A stretch of DNA of 20,220 nt from Paraspadella gotoi (lineage: Eukaryota; Animalia; Chaetognatha). Below the pieces are notes generated by a model. That model had not been told where the DNA came from and did not search any database. It saw only the letters and a program-made list of their open reading frames with translations. This document shows positions 1 to 11,058 of the stretch, piece after piece. How positions within the stretch are numbered: the first letter of the stretch is position 1; each line of letters opens with the position of its first letter. A program made the position numbers and the translations under genes. The stretch is taken from contig JBJCIZ010000731.1 in assembly GCA_051294375.1 (NCBI GenBank), forward strand, positions 1 to 20,220, read 5' to 3'.

Positions 1-173
1 ATTTTGCTTCAAAGTAAAAGTCGTGTTATGTTTGAGAAACTCAGCCCCCGTCATTGAGAATTGTTGCCGTTGGAACCGTCGTCGCCCCCATCATTGAAAG
101 ACGACGTGAAGTTGGAGAAAAGGCACATGGAAAGAAAAAAATTAAACAAGCTGTAGAATAATTAAGATATGCC

Positions 174-412
174 ATAAAGGCATGTGCATAGGGGTCACTG
201 CCTTAAGTAGCAATGGCACTAGACCACACTGCTATTAAAAATAAAGGCTTGTGCATGGTGGTCACTGCCTTGAGAAGCGATGGGGCATAAGCTCCCTGCT
301 ACATATACATAGAGGCGTGTGCATGGCGGTCACCGCCTTGAGGAAAGGCGGACGTATTGGGATCGTCCCCTGACCTTCATACGGAGAGGCATACGTATTA
401 TGATCGTCGCCT
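174..412 (-). repeat. Diverged ~68-74 bp tandem repeat (4 units), each with a conserved stem-loop
   Basis: Cores on the + strand: 177-204 aaggcatgtgcataggggtcactgcctt; 244-271 aaggcttgtgcatggtggtcactgcctt; 313-338 aggcgtgtgcatggcggtcaccgcct; 387-412 aggcatacgtattatgatcgtcgcct. Confidence 0.8.
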
Positions 413-671
413 GTAAGGGCAGACTTGATCTACTGGGCAAGGATTTCTGCTCAGGACAGAGTCTCTGGGAAGTCCAGCTCCAGAGATGAATCAAGGCCCA
501 AGATCTAAGATAATTTTGTAAGATGGGGATTTCTATCAACCTCCTGTTTTATTTATTTAAATGTTTAATTCGGAAACTCTTCAATTCATAAAATGATGAT
601 TTTTTTATTTTTTTTATTTAATAGAACCGTTTCAAAGATCAAGGTCAAAAAAGGGATATGTTTTGCACCTG

Positions 672-1406
672 TTAATTGTTTTGATTTGATGGAATCAATG
701 GCGGCGTTGCATCCATGGATGAACTGTTTGATTCCAGCAAAGAGATTCCCGTCAACGTCGACAGCCGCGGTCCACGTGGAATATTTTTTCTCTTAGTAGT
801 CGTTTGGTGAAATAAAGAAGAATCATGAAGAATCGTGTGATAGCGCCCGTCGCAAACGACGCAGCGGCGCTCATATCGGCAATGCCGGGCAGAATGTCCC
901 GGCCTAAGACAACGGAAACACAAATTCCTGTTGAACGCGATGTCTCTCTTGAATTGGGCGTCCATAGTCTTGAATTTGGAGCAGAAGGTAATGGCGTGGT
1001 TTCCTCCGCAAAACACGCAGATGGTTGTTTTTTGTTGAGAGGAGAAAGAGGAAGATGGAGCTGGTGGAGAAAGAGACGCCGCCTCCGGAGAATTTCTCCA
1101 TCGAGGAGACTTACGATTTTTTGGAGAAGAGTTTGCAATGGGAACAGAAACGACGCCCCCGTCGTTTGAAATTGAAGCAGCTTCTCGGCCCCCGTCATTT
1201 GAAGGTGTTGACGAGAGTGTTGGAGAGGAAGGAAGTATCATCTGGCGAGCTCGTTCTTCTTCCAGTTCTTTTTTGGTAACGCGAAGCTCTTCCTCCAAAG
1301 AGTTAACTTCGTCTCGAAATTTTCCTTCGAATTTTTGTATACGATCATCAACCTGGGAAAAGGAAACTTTTAAATCATTTAATTGCTGTTGGAATTTCTG
1401 CTCCAT
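672..1406 (-). CDS. BEL/Pao-type Gag-derived zinc-knuckle protein (coiled coil + Ser/Pro-rich linker + 3 zinc knuckles), stand-alone
   Basis: 244-aa ORF. N-terminal heptad-like region (MEQKFQQQLNDLKVSF...LEEELRVTKKELEEE). At ~1019-825: CVFCGGNHAITFC (CX2CX3HX4C), LCFRCLRPGHSARHC (CX2CX4HX4C) and CVVCDGRYHTILH, with the F/R/LC spacing between knuckles 1 and 2 characteristic of BEL/Pao Gag. Stop follows ~50 aa later; no DSG protease motif seen. Confidence 0.8.
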   Translation of the reverse strand: MEQKFQQQLNDLKVSFSQVDDRIQKFEGKFRDEVNSLEEELRVTKKELEEERARQMILPSSPTLSSTPSNDGGREAASISNDGGVVSVPIANSSPKNRKSPRWRNSPEAASLSPPAPSSSFSSQQKTTICVFCGGNHAITFCSKFKTMDAQFKRDIAFNRNLCFRCLRPGHSARHCRYERRCVVCDGRYHTILHDSSLFHQTTTKRKNIPRGPRLSTLTGISLLESNSSSMDATPPLIPSNQNN

Positions 1407-3172
1407 GCGGAGTAGACTTTCACCATAAATTTGCTAAAAAATTTTCAAAAATTTCTTGGTTTAAATGATAGATTAATCTGCGTTCGCCAAGTCCTGTATT
1501 TTCCTGGGACATCGTAGATGAGTCCATTGTTGTTACTTTTGTTTGGTTGATTCGATTTGAACGCCGATTCCAGGAGGCGGTGTTTTCTATTACTGGTAGT
1601 GTGCCTGTGGGTCGCGTTCGACCCGCCGTCGGATGAAGAATTGACAAGGAGCAAGGATAGATCTAGTGTAAAGAAAACGTCGAAAAATGTAGAATAAATT
1701 GTGTGAATTATTTGTATTTTTGTAAGATAAATCCATGGCAATCAATGAAAAGTCGAAAAAATGTTTGTAATAAATCCTGGATCCGTAAAAATACGGTTCC
1801 AGACGGCCGATCTTTTCTTTAAAAATGATTCTGATCGAATAACAAGTGACGAGGTTTTCGGCCGAAAGAAAGCCACAAAGAAAGCAACTAGAACGGTGAA
1901 AAGATAAGGTCAGTAAGGTCAACTTAAATGCTAAAAAAAAGAATGACCGACGCGAGGTAACAAAATATCTTACAAATAATAATGATAACTAATCCAAGCT
2001 AATCCATATCTAATCCTTAACCCATAAACTAGTTTATAACCTGAAAAACTAATAGTTTAAGAATGCGGCGCTTTTAGAAAATATTCCTCCACAACTCGAT
2101 AAAAACTTTCAAACAAACTTTTTTCTCTAAAAAACATCAACAAAAGTCATTTATAGTCAATTTTAAGTTGAATTTCCTGGCGGCCATTTTTTTTTCCTCT
2201 TTCCTAAATTTAAATTCCCTCTCTTTTTTTTAGGCCATATTTTTAATTCGAGACGCGAATGTTTCTGTCGGTTCTCTCGAGAAATTTCTTCAGAAAAAGA
2301 AAAAAAAAGGAAAAAACGTTTAAAACTAAAGAAAAGTTTTGTTTGTCTCAACGTCAGCTACAAATGTGGAATCGGATTTAATAAACCTTTAATGAAATTA
2401 ATAATTTTATTAACTCGAGATCGATGAGGAAAAAAAACAAAAACCGTGGTTTTTATTTCACAATCGATTTCCTGCAGAGATCGAAATTTGCGTCAATAAA
2501 CCTGAGTGGAAATGGTGTTTTATTTTTTTTAATTTTTAATATTTAATATTTAATATTTCTAATATTTAAAATTTGTAATGTTTTGAGTATAAAATATATT
2601 TTTAACTTTGTCGATCTTTCAACATTTCAAATTTGTGATTTGTATTCTTTAGAATTTTAATTACTTTTCAAATATTTTTATTTCTAACTGCGTTTTTGTT
2701 TTTTGTTTGTTTTTTTTTTAATTTTTAATTTTTTTACTTCTAAAATTTCGCTAAATATGTAACATTTTTGAAACTCCTTTGTGATTCTTTAACCTGATTT
2801 TTTATAATTTTATAGACTTTTATTATTTAATAAACGATTTCGCTTTAGGTTTTAAACATTTTCAAGGTATTTAATTCTCTAATTTGTTTTAATAAAAGTT
2901 CGATTGATTTTAATCTTAACTTTTTTTCTCATTTTTTGGTTGAATTCTTTATTTTGTTGTTCGCGTTTTTACGTCGAACCGAATTTCTCGACGGAATAAA
3001 CAATGGCGCCGTCTCTGTCTCTCTCTCTCTCTCTCACTCTCTCTCTCTCACTCTCTCTCTTTCAGAGAACAAAAAAAACCTAGCGAACCACAGACAACCG
3101 ATTTACTCTTTCCGACAGAATTTTTATTTTTCCACAAAATAGAAAACAGAAAGAATAAAAAAAAAGAGTTAA

Positions 3173-3212
<40 letters not shown>

Positions 3213-3419
3213 AACCGACTGTAGTTAGAACTGCGATGCACTTTTGTTTCAAAGTCAATTAAAATATGTAAATATTCTAGAGAAATAGGTAGCTTTTGAA
3301 GGCCCTCAAGGTGCCTTAAGCCGCGAGTAATTAATATTGTCTATTGTCTCATTGTCATCTCTCTCTCTCTCTCTCTCTTTCTCTTCCCTCCCTCCTCTCT
3401 CTCTCTCTCCCTCCTTCTT

Positions 3420-3451
<32 letters not shown>

Positions 3452-3510
3452 CTCTCTCTCCCCCTCATCTCTCTCCCGCCCCTCTCTCATCTCCTTCATG
3501 CTGTTTTCGC

Positions 3511-5443
3511 CGCGCCAAAACACAAACAAAAAGACCGGGGTGAAAAACGAAAACAGTTCGCACATCTGCTCGTCGGCGAGTAACCCTCTGAGGCCAATCC
3601 AACGAGAAAAACAAGTGACTCAATAAATATTCCGTTTAAAATTGGGGAGAGGGGAGAAGGGAAGGAATTCTTATGAGAAGAGAGACGAGCAGAGAGAGAG
3701 AGAGAGCAGAGAGAGAGAGAGAGATAAAAGTATGAAGGAAAAACAAAAGATATTTTTAGAAATTCGCGTCCATATATACATATTACTATTTGATATAACT
3801 TGATATAATTTTTGAATAGAGAAATCTAAATTTTAGGGTTTTTTACAACAATCTAAATTGTCACTAAGAGAGAGTCAAGCGGCTTTAAATAGATGCAGAT
3901 ATACAACAAAATGAATGATTCCCTCCAAGCAGAGTGTCTGAAAAACGAGAGAGAGGGAGAGAAGAGAGAGAGACGAGAGAGAGAGAGCACGACGGAGACG
4001 CCTCCAGGTCGTTTTTTATTTCTTTCTTCCCAAGCTCAGATCGGTGCTCCTCTGGTCCTCGTCCCAGCGTATCTCTCTCTTCTCTCCTCTCGTCTCTCTC
4101 ACACCACCATCTGTCCGCTTGGCTAACTTCGCTCGCCTCCTAACATTTTTCTCTCTCTCTTTTTCTCTTTTCTTTTTATAATTTTCTCTCCCTTTTTTCT
4201 TTCTTTTTCTTTCTCTTGTTTTATCTTAATCATCCTCGCTGCATTTCTACTTTTTCTTTTTCTCCTGCGGAAGAGACAGGAGAGAGACAAAGACGAACGA
4301 GAGAGAGAGAGAGAGAGAAGAGAGAGGGAGAGAGAAGAGAGAAATGTATCGTCACTGCACACAAAAGAAAAACAATGACTTTAATGGGGAGTTGACCTGA
4401 AAGGGAGGAATGTAAGGGAGAAAAGAGAGGAAGAGCAAAAGAGAAGAAAAGTAAGAAAAAGCGAGAGAGCAGAGAGAGAGAGAGAGAGAGAGAGGAAGAG
4501 CAAAAGAAAAAGAAGAAGAAGAACGAATAATAGATGAGGAAGTTACCTCAAAGTGGTCGGAGAAAGACAGAGTGGTAGCGGAGAAGCTCATTAGCTTGTC
4601 CAGGAGTAGATGGTGAGCAGACTGACGCGTGAACCCGGTGAGCGGTGAGCCGATTTCACTTGTGTTAATGACGGTTAAGAAAATCATTAGCAGTGGTGGG
4701 TGTGGATGTGTCTAAAGGAAAAATAGACTACCAGGCTAAAAAAAAAACTGTAAGAACCTACAGTGGAATGCAAAAAGTATAGAACCAATGTTAACGAACC
4801 GTAGAAGCCAAAGCTAAAAAAAATGTAAGCCTCAGGTGGAAGAAAAATGAGGGCCACCAGGTGTTTACAAAAATCGTAGACCACATGTGTAAACGACCAG
4901 ATGAAACACAGGTGGAATGAAAAATGATACACCACAGGTGTAACTGCATGAAAGGTTAGAACCACAGCTTGAAAAAAAGGTACAACACAGGTGGTACAAG
5001 ACAAGTGGCGGAATCCCGCCATCAACGGTTCCGCCGCAAAAGTGGTATACATTCACCGACGAACGCGAGGAGATAGCTTTTTCTTTCATGTGGAGAACAA
5101 GGAAGGGAGAAGAAGGAGGGGGGAAATAAAGGGGGGAGGGAAGAGGAGCGGGGGAAGAAAGGGAGCGAAGAGAGAGACGCGAGGAGGGGGGAAAGGAACA
5201 TCAAAAAGAGGAAAAAAAGGAAAAGAAAATAAGGACGAAACAAGGAAAGCAAAAAGAGGAAAAGTCGCAATTGTTTTTCAGGAGGAATGCTATCTGATTA
5301 AGAGTCCCTTAAAGGATCTGATGACCGAACCGAAGAAAAGAGAAAATCTCAGGAAAGGCTGTTCGAAATCCGAATCGTCTCATTCTCCTAACTTTGCTCT
5401 ATCCTTTTTCTGTCCTGAATTTTCCATTAGTTCTCTTTCTCCT

Positions 5444-5483
<40 letters not shown>

Positions 5484-6461
5484 AGAGTTCGGATCAACAC
5501 AACACTCATAGCAACCAAACACACACTCCAAAACAACATCCATTTAACGTGAGGTCTCCCTGACTTCTAAAGTACGTAAGTTGGTTTGAACCCGAGACTC
5601 AGAGCAACAGAATTATTTCCTGAGTTCGTACTATCGAAAACGAAGCGACCGATTGGGCTGTTTGTTGTTTCCTCACGAAGGATCAACTTAATCATTTTTC
5701 TTTTGGGTGACGCCAGATTTTACAAGTCGAAACAACTTTGAAGAGTACCTAATCGTCTGCTAATTAATGAAAGGGGCATAGCGCCGATTGAAGTTTAAAG
5801 TGTGAGTATATGGGTGAAAAAGGGAAAGAGATATTATGACACACCGAAATAAACATAAAGTAAAGTTTGAGCGGATCTCTCGACAACATAGATGTACGTC
5901 GGGTATTACGCCAACGCCCAGCACCAAAAGATAGAAGCAATGACTTGCTTAATTCGTCAACAAAAGAGAACAGAGGAAAAAAGAAAAGAAGAAAGGAGAG
6001 AAAGGAGAAAAAAAACATACACACAGAGACTATTAAAGAGCACACTTGTTGAAAAAGAAAAAGACTTAGTCAGGGATCGTAATCTTTCTCAAAGGCAAGA
6101 ATCTCTCTCTCTCTCCCTCTCTCCTCCTCCCAAATCACTCACTCCAAATCGACAAAACGAACGTCGCTTCTTCAGTCCAAAAATCCAGAACTCCACACTG
6201 CGACGAATCGACGGAATGACGCAGAGGCGCGAGGTCACTGTGGTCAATTGGTCCTGGTCACTGTTCACCTGGTCACGTCGTCCTGGTCTAGAACGTCCTC
6301 CGCACACTCCACACCATCCGTCACTTGGACAACAAATGGTCAAAGTATTCCCTTTGACGTCGAAAGGCCGAAAAAAATTATTTGACTTAACAAAAAGAGG
6401 GAGTGAGGGAGGGAGGGAGAGGAGAGGAGAGAGAGAGAGAGAGAGAGAGAAGAGAGATGAG

Positions 6462-6497
<36 letters not shown>

Positions 6498-9045
6498 TGA
6501 AGAGAGAAATGAGATGATTAAGACGAAGAAACGAACAATGAATGAATGAATAAATGAAGCAAAAAATATTTAAATTTATCATATTATTATGTACCGCAAT
6601 TTCGTCACCCGTTTCATTAACGATTTATCACAGGAATGAAATTATTTTTATTTCTTTTACATCAAACGCATCCCCGTCGCTTTTTTGAAATAAGTCTTTT
6701 TCGCGCCAAAAATAAAAGATTTTCTTTGACTTTTCCAGACTTTTTTCTTTGTGGCATTTTTCTTTTTCTTTACACCCAAACAGTTGGAAAAACTTTTGTT
6801 TTTATAAGGGGACAGCATCTTCCCTATTTTGTTCTGATTCCTTATAAATATAAACTTTTTTCCAAAAACTTCATCGTATCTAAATTAGTACATTACTTAT
6901 TATCTCTTTATAAACACAAACCCTTGTAATTCTCATGTATTTTTTATCTTAAAAAAAAATAATTTTTCGATATATTTTTTCGTTGGGAATTCTTGTGTCG
7001 TTATAATAAATTAATACAATCAAAAAAAGGTCTTTCTTAGTTATTACAAAGAATTTTTATGCACCGCATCATTTTCGCATTTACTGCTTCTTATTGTTCT
7101 CTCCTCTCTCTCTCTCCATCTCTCTTCCCTCTCATCCCTTCTCATCACACTCAATAAGCGCGACAAAATGAATTATTCAATAAAGTTCTAAGGCGAGAGT
7201 CGAATTTTTAGTGTTTCCTTAGGAAAATCGACGTCAAGAGACGAAAACAACAAAGAGGGAGACGCGAGACACAAATACAGGCTGCTGGCATAAGTAATTC
7301 AAAAGGAAAGTTCAAAGGGCTGAAAACAACATGTGGAAGCTTCGTAACCTCCGTTATTCGCAGTTCAACGGCAACGAATTCAGCTTCAGCTTACTAAAAT
7401 CTCTCGATGAATCTTTTATCACATTTTTAAAAATCTTTGCTTTATTATATATAAATCACAGTACAGAAGGTTAGGTGGAGGACATTAAGTAACTTATATG
7501 TTCTGGATTATCATAGTGATTGTAGTTAGCATTTAAGCGTCAAGATAAGAGCGTTTAACGATTAAATGGCTTATGGTGGAATTAGCGAAATAGTTAAGAT
7601 TAGAAAAGTTAAGATTTAGGATTAGGGATTGAGTTACGTGGCTTGGCAAGAGATTATGGTTTATAATTAAATCCGAATGTTAACAACAGAGCCCATTCAG
7701 TCGGCAGCAAATACAAACACTACTCTGTTTAATTTTTATAAACTACAAACTTACAGAAACGCTCTCTTAATTTTAATCATCTCACCTTAACTCCTTATTT
7801 AACCAATCAAAATCATCAATTCATCCTCTCGACGAACCAAGGCATCATTCAACGTCCATCACTTCGCATCACAAGGAATCAATTTCCCCAAGTTTCACAA
7901 CAACATTCTTCGTCATTCGCTTCAACGGTGAACTTACCAAATCGTGAATCCCAAACGATGAGTGAGTGCACCTCCAAAGTTATAAAAGCTGAGGAATCCG
8001 TGAAGTCAGCTGAAGGCGCGCGCACGCGCAAGGTAAACCTGGTTGCTGTATCACAATAGGAACCAAAATATTATATATACTTGTCACGTGGTAGTATTCC
8101 ATCACCCCCACACGTCCGATCCCCGACAATCACGCAGCACACTATGGCAGACCAACCCAAAGGACTCGGTTCGCACCCTGCTGATCAACACAACGTAACA
8201 AGCGGGACGGGGCGTCTAACCCACTTTTTCCCTGTTAGTGTCGGACTACAGCCCGACCGAAGTCGGAACCTTGTGTTCAACTGGCACGGTAAACTGCTTC
8301 GCAGGATACGTCCTCCTCCACAATATTAATATACCCCTTTATGCCAAACGATTCCCCACCCTCTGACCTTTGCTACTCTCCATTTTTCCCACTTCAAATG
8401 TCCACTTTACATTGCAATTCCCACTGAACCATACGTTTCCCATGTTTTTAATTCCGCATAGTGCCACTGACATCTTCCAATTGCCACTCTATCGACGCGC
8501 AACTTTGTTTGCCGACGATGCCCATTGCCGACTCCAAATGCCACATGAATTCGCCTCTACTTCATTGCTTACTTCCCCTTGACATTCTCTATGTTAAACT
8601 CCAATTTAGACCTTTTCCCATTCTCGGCCCACTTCGTCAAACGTCCACGTTTCCATTCGCCACCTCCCACTGCCCACCTCTCATTGTCCACACTAACTTC
8701 CAATTGTCACTTCCCAATACCCCCTAAAACTCACTCCCCGCCCAACCCGACCCCCCCTCCCCCACCTTTTCTCAATCTTTCTTGGTCCGTGTCACCTCTC
8801 TGGAATCCGGGTTTGGAAGATGAGTCCTCCGTTTGTAGAGAATGAGGAATCGGTGAGGGCGAACGGACTCCACGAGTAAGAAGAAGGAAGGAGGTCGAGA
8901 GGACGGAGTAGTTCTTCGGAGAGCCGATGCGTCTGGGGAAGAGGGGGAGCGAGTTGGAGGGGGGATGGGAAGGTGCAGGGGAGGCAGACGAGGGCAGGGA
9001 ATACAGGGAGGGGCGGGTGGAGGCGGACGAGGCTGGGAGGTTGAT
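3511..9045 (+). repeat. Copy 1 of a ~5.3 kb tandem duplication (probable assembly artefact)
   Basis: Starts cgcgccaaaacacaaacaaaaagaccgg, like 9072. Colinear with 9072-~14200 throughout, e.g. 5291-5584 = 10767-11060 and 8796-8932 ~ 14029-14147. Confidence 0.95.
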
Positions 9046-9070
9046 NNNNNNNNNNNNNNNNNNNNNNNNN
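9046..9070. other. Assembly gap of 25 N
   Basis: Run of 25 N exactly at the junction of the two duplicated copies. Confidence 1.
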
Positions 9071-9227
9071 GCGCGCCAAAACACAAACAAAAGACCGGTG
9101 AAAAACGAAACAGTTCGCCATCTGCCGTCGGCGAGATAAACCCTCTGAGGCAATCACGAGAAAACAAGTGACTCATAAATATTCCCGTTTAAAATTGGGG
9201 GAGAGGGGAGAGGGAAGGAATTCCTTT

Positions 9228-9275
<48 letters not shown>

Positions 9276-9488
9276 AAGTATGAAGGGACAAAAAAAAGAT
9301 ATTTTTAGAATTCGCGTCCCAATATATACATATTTACTATTTGATATAACTTGATATAATTTGATATGAGAAATTAAATTTTATAGGGTTTACAATCTAA
9401 ATTGTCATAAGAGAGAGTCAGGGGCTTAAATAGATGCAGATATAAACAAAATGAATGATTCTCCAAGAGAGTGTCTGAAAAAGAGAGA

Positions 9489-9520
<32 letters not shown>

Positions 9521-9591
9521 CGGAGACGCCTCCAGGTCGTTTTTTTATTTCTCCAGCTCAGTATCGGTCTCTCTGTCTCTGTCCCAGCGTA

Positions 9592-9624
<33 letters not shown>

Positions 9625-9787
9625 TCTGTCCGCTTGGCTAACTTCGCTCGCCTCTCTACATTTTTCTCTCTCTCTTTTCTTCTTTTCTTTTTTATAATTT
9701 TCTCCTTTTTTCTTTTCTTTTTCTTTCTCTTTTTTATTTAATCATCCTCGCTGCATTTCTATTTTCTTTTTCTCTGGCGGAAGAGAC

Positions 9788-9834
<47 letters not shown>

Positions 9835-9951
9835 GAGAGAAATGATGTATGACAAGAAAGAAAACAATGACTTTAATGGGAGTTGAACCTGAAAGGGAGG
9901 ATGTAAGGGAGAAAAGAGGAGGAAGAGCAAAAGAGAAGAAGAAGAAGAAAA

Positions 9952-9986
<35 letters not shown>

Positions 9987-10206
9987 GAAGAGCAAAAGAA
10001 AAGAAGAAGAAGAAAGAAAGTAATAGATGAGAAGTTAACTCAAAGTGGTCGGAGAAAGAAGAGTGGTAGCGGAGAAGCTCATTAGCTTGTCCAGGGTTGT
10101 GGTGAGCAGTGAGCGGTGAACGGTGAGCGGTGAGCCGATTTCATTGGTGTTAATGAGGTTGAAGAAAATCATTAGCAGTGGTGGGTGTGGATGGTCTAAA
10201 GGAAAG

Positions 10207-10460
10207 GTAGACTACAGGCTAAAAAAAATGTAGACCACAGGTGGAATGAAAATGGTAGACCACATGTGTAACGAAACGTAGACCAAAGGCTAAAAAATGT
10301 AGACCTCAGGTGGAATGAAAAATGTAGGCCACAGGTGTTACAAAATGTAGACCACATGTGTAACGAAAGATGAACCACAGGTGGAATGAAAAAGATACAC
10401 CACAGGTGTAACGAAAGGTAGACCACAGGCTGAAAAAAAGGTACAACACAGGTGGAAAGA
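10207..10460 (+). repeat. 23-25 bp minisatellite with core GTAGACCACA(G/T)G; noisier copy at ~4720-5000
   Basis: About 11 units of three variants: gtagaccacaggtggaatgaaaaat, gtagaccacatgtgtaacgaaag, gtagaccacaggctaaaaaaaat. Confidence 0.9.
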
Positions 10461-10919
10461 ACAGTGGCGGGAAATCCGCCTCACGGTTCCGCGCAAAAGT
10501 GGTATACATTCACCGACGAACGCGAGGAGATAGCTTTTTCTTTCATGTGGAGAACAAGGAAGGGAGAAGAAGGAGGGGGGAAACTGAAAGGGAGGAGGGA
10601 AGAGACGGAAGGGTGGGATAGAATAGGAGGAAGAGAGAGGACGGAGGAGGGGGGAGATGGAAATCATAAAAGAGGAAGGAAAAAGGAAAATGAAAAAAAG
10701 GGACGAAAAAAAGAGAAAGCAAAAAAGGAGGCAAAAGTTCGCAAATTGTTTTTCAAGGTAGGAACTTATCTGATTAAGAGTCCCTTAAAGGATCTGATGA
10801 CCGAACCGAAGAAAAGAGAAAATCTCAGGAAAGGCTGTTCGAAATCCGAATCGTCTCATTCTCCTAACTTTGCTCTATCCTTTTTCTGTCCTGAATTTTC
10901 CATTAGTTCTCTTTCTCCT

Positions 10920-10959
<40 letters not shown>

Positions 10960-11058
10960 AGAGTTCGGATCAACACAACACTCATAGCAACCAAACACAC
11001 ACTCCAAAACAACATCCATTTAACGTGAGGTCTCCCTGACTTCTAAAGTACGTAAGTT

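Noticed and set aside
174-412. CRISPR-like dimensions (~34-bp repeat, ~34-bp spacer)
   Set aside because: Repeats are diverged, the first two spacers are homologous to each other (agc.atgg...ctgcta), the context is eukaryotic and no cas genes are present.
752-1279. Several overlapping and antisense ORFs over the knuckle gene
   Set aside because: No recognisable motifs; expected shadows of a coding region.
1435-1441. HIV-type slippery heptamer T TTT TTA in frame with the upstream ORF (minus strand)
   Set aside because: A -1 shift leads to a frame that stops within ~15 codons; the knuckle ORF is in the +1 frame.
4547-4660. Possible further minus-strand exon (donor GAG|GTAACT; duplicate ~10039-10145); similar candidates at ~12685-12730 and 14625-14743
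   Set aside because: Frames and splice sites disagree between copies or are ambiguous; no motif support.
5315-5372. CTGATGA...GTTCGAAA hammerhead-like core (also 10794; another CTGATGA at 19363)
   Set aside because: Stem II register is wrong and stems I/III cannot be formed convincingly; the 19363 site is antisense to a coding exon end.
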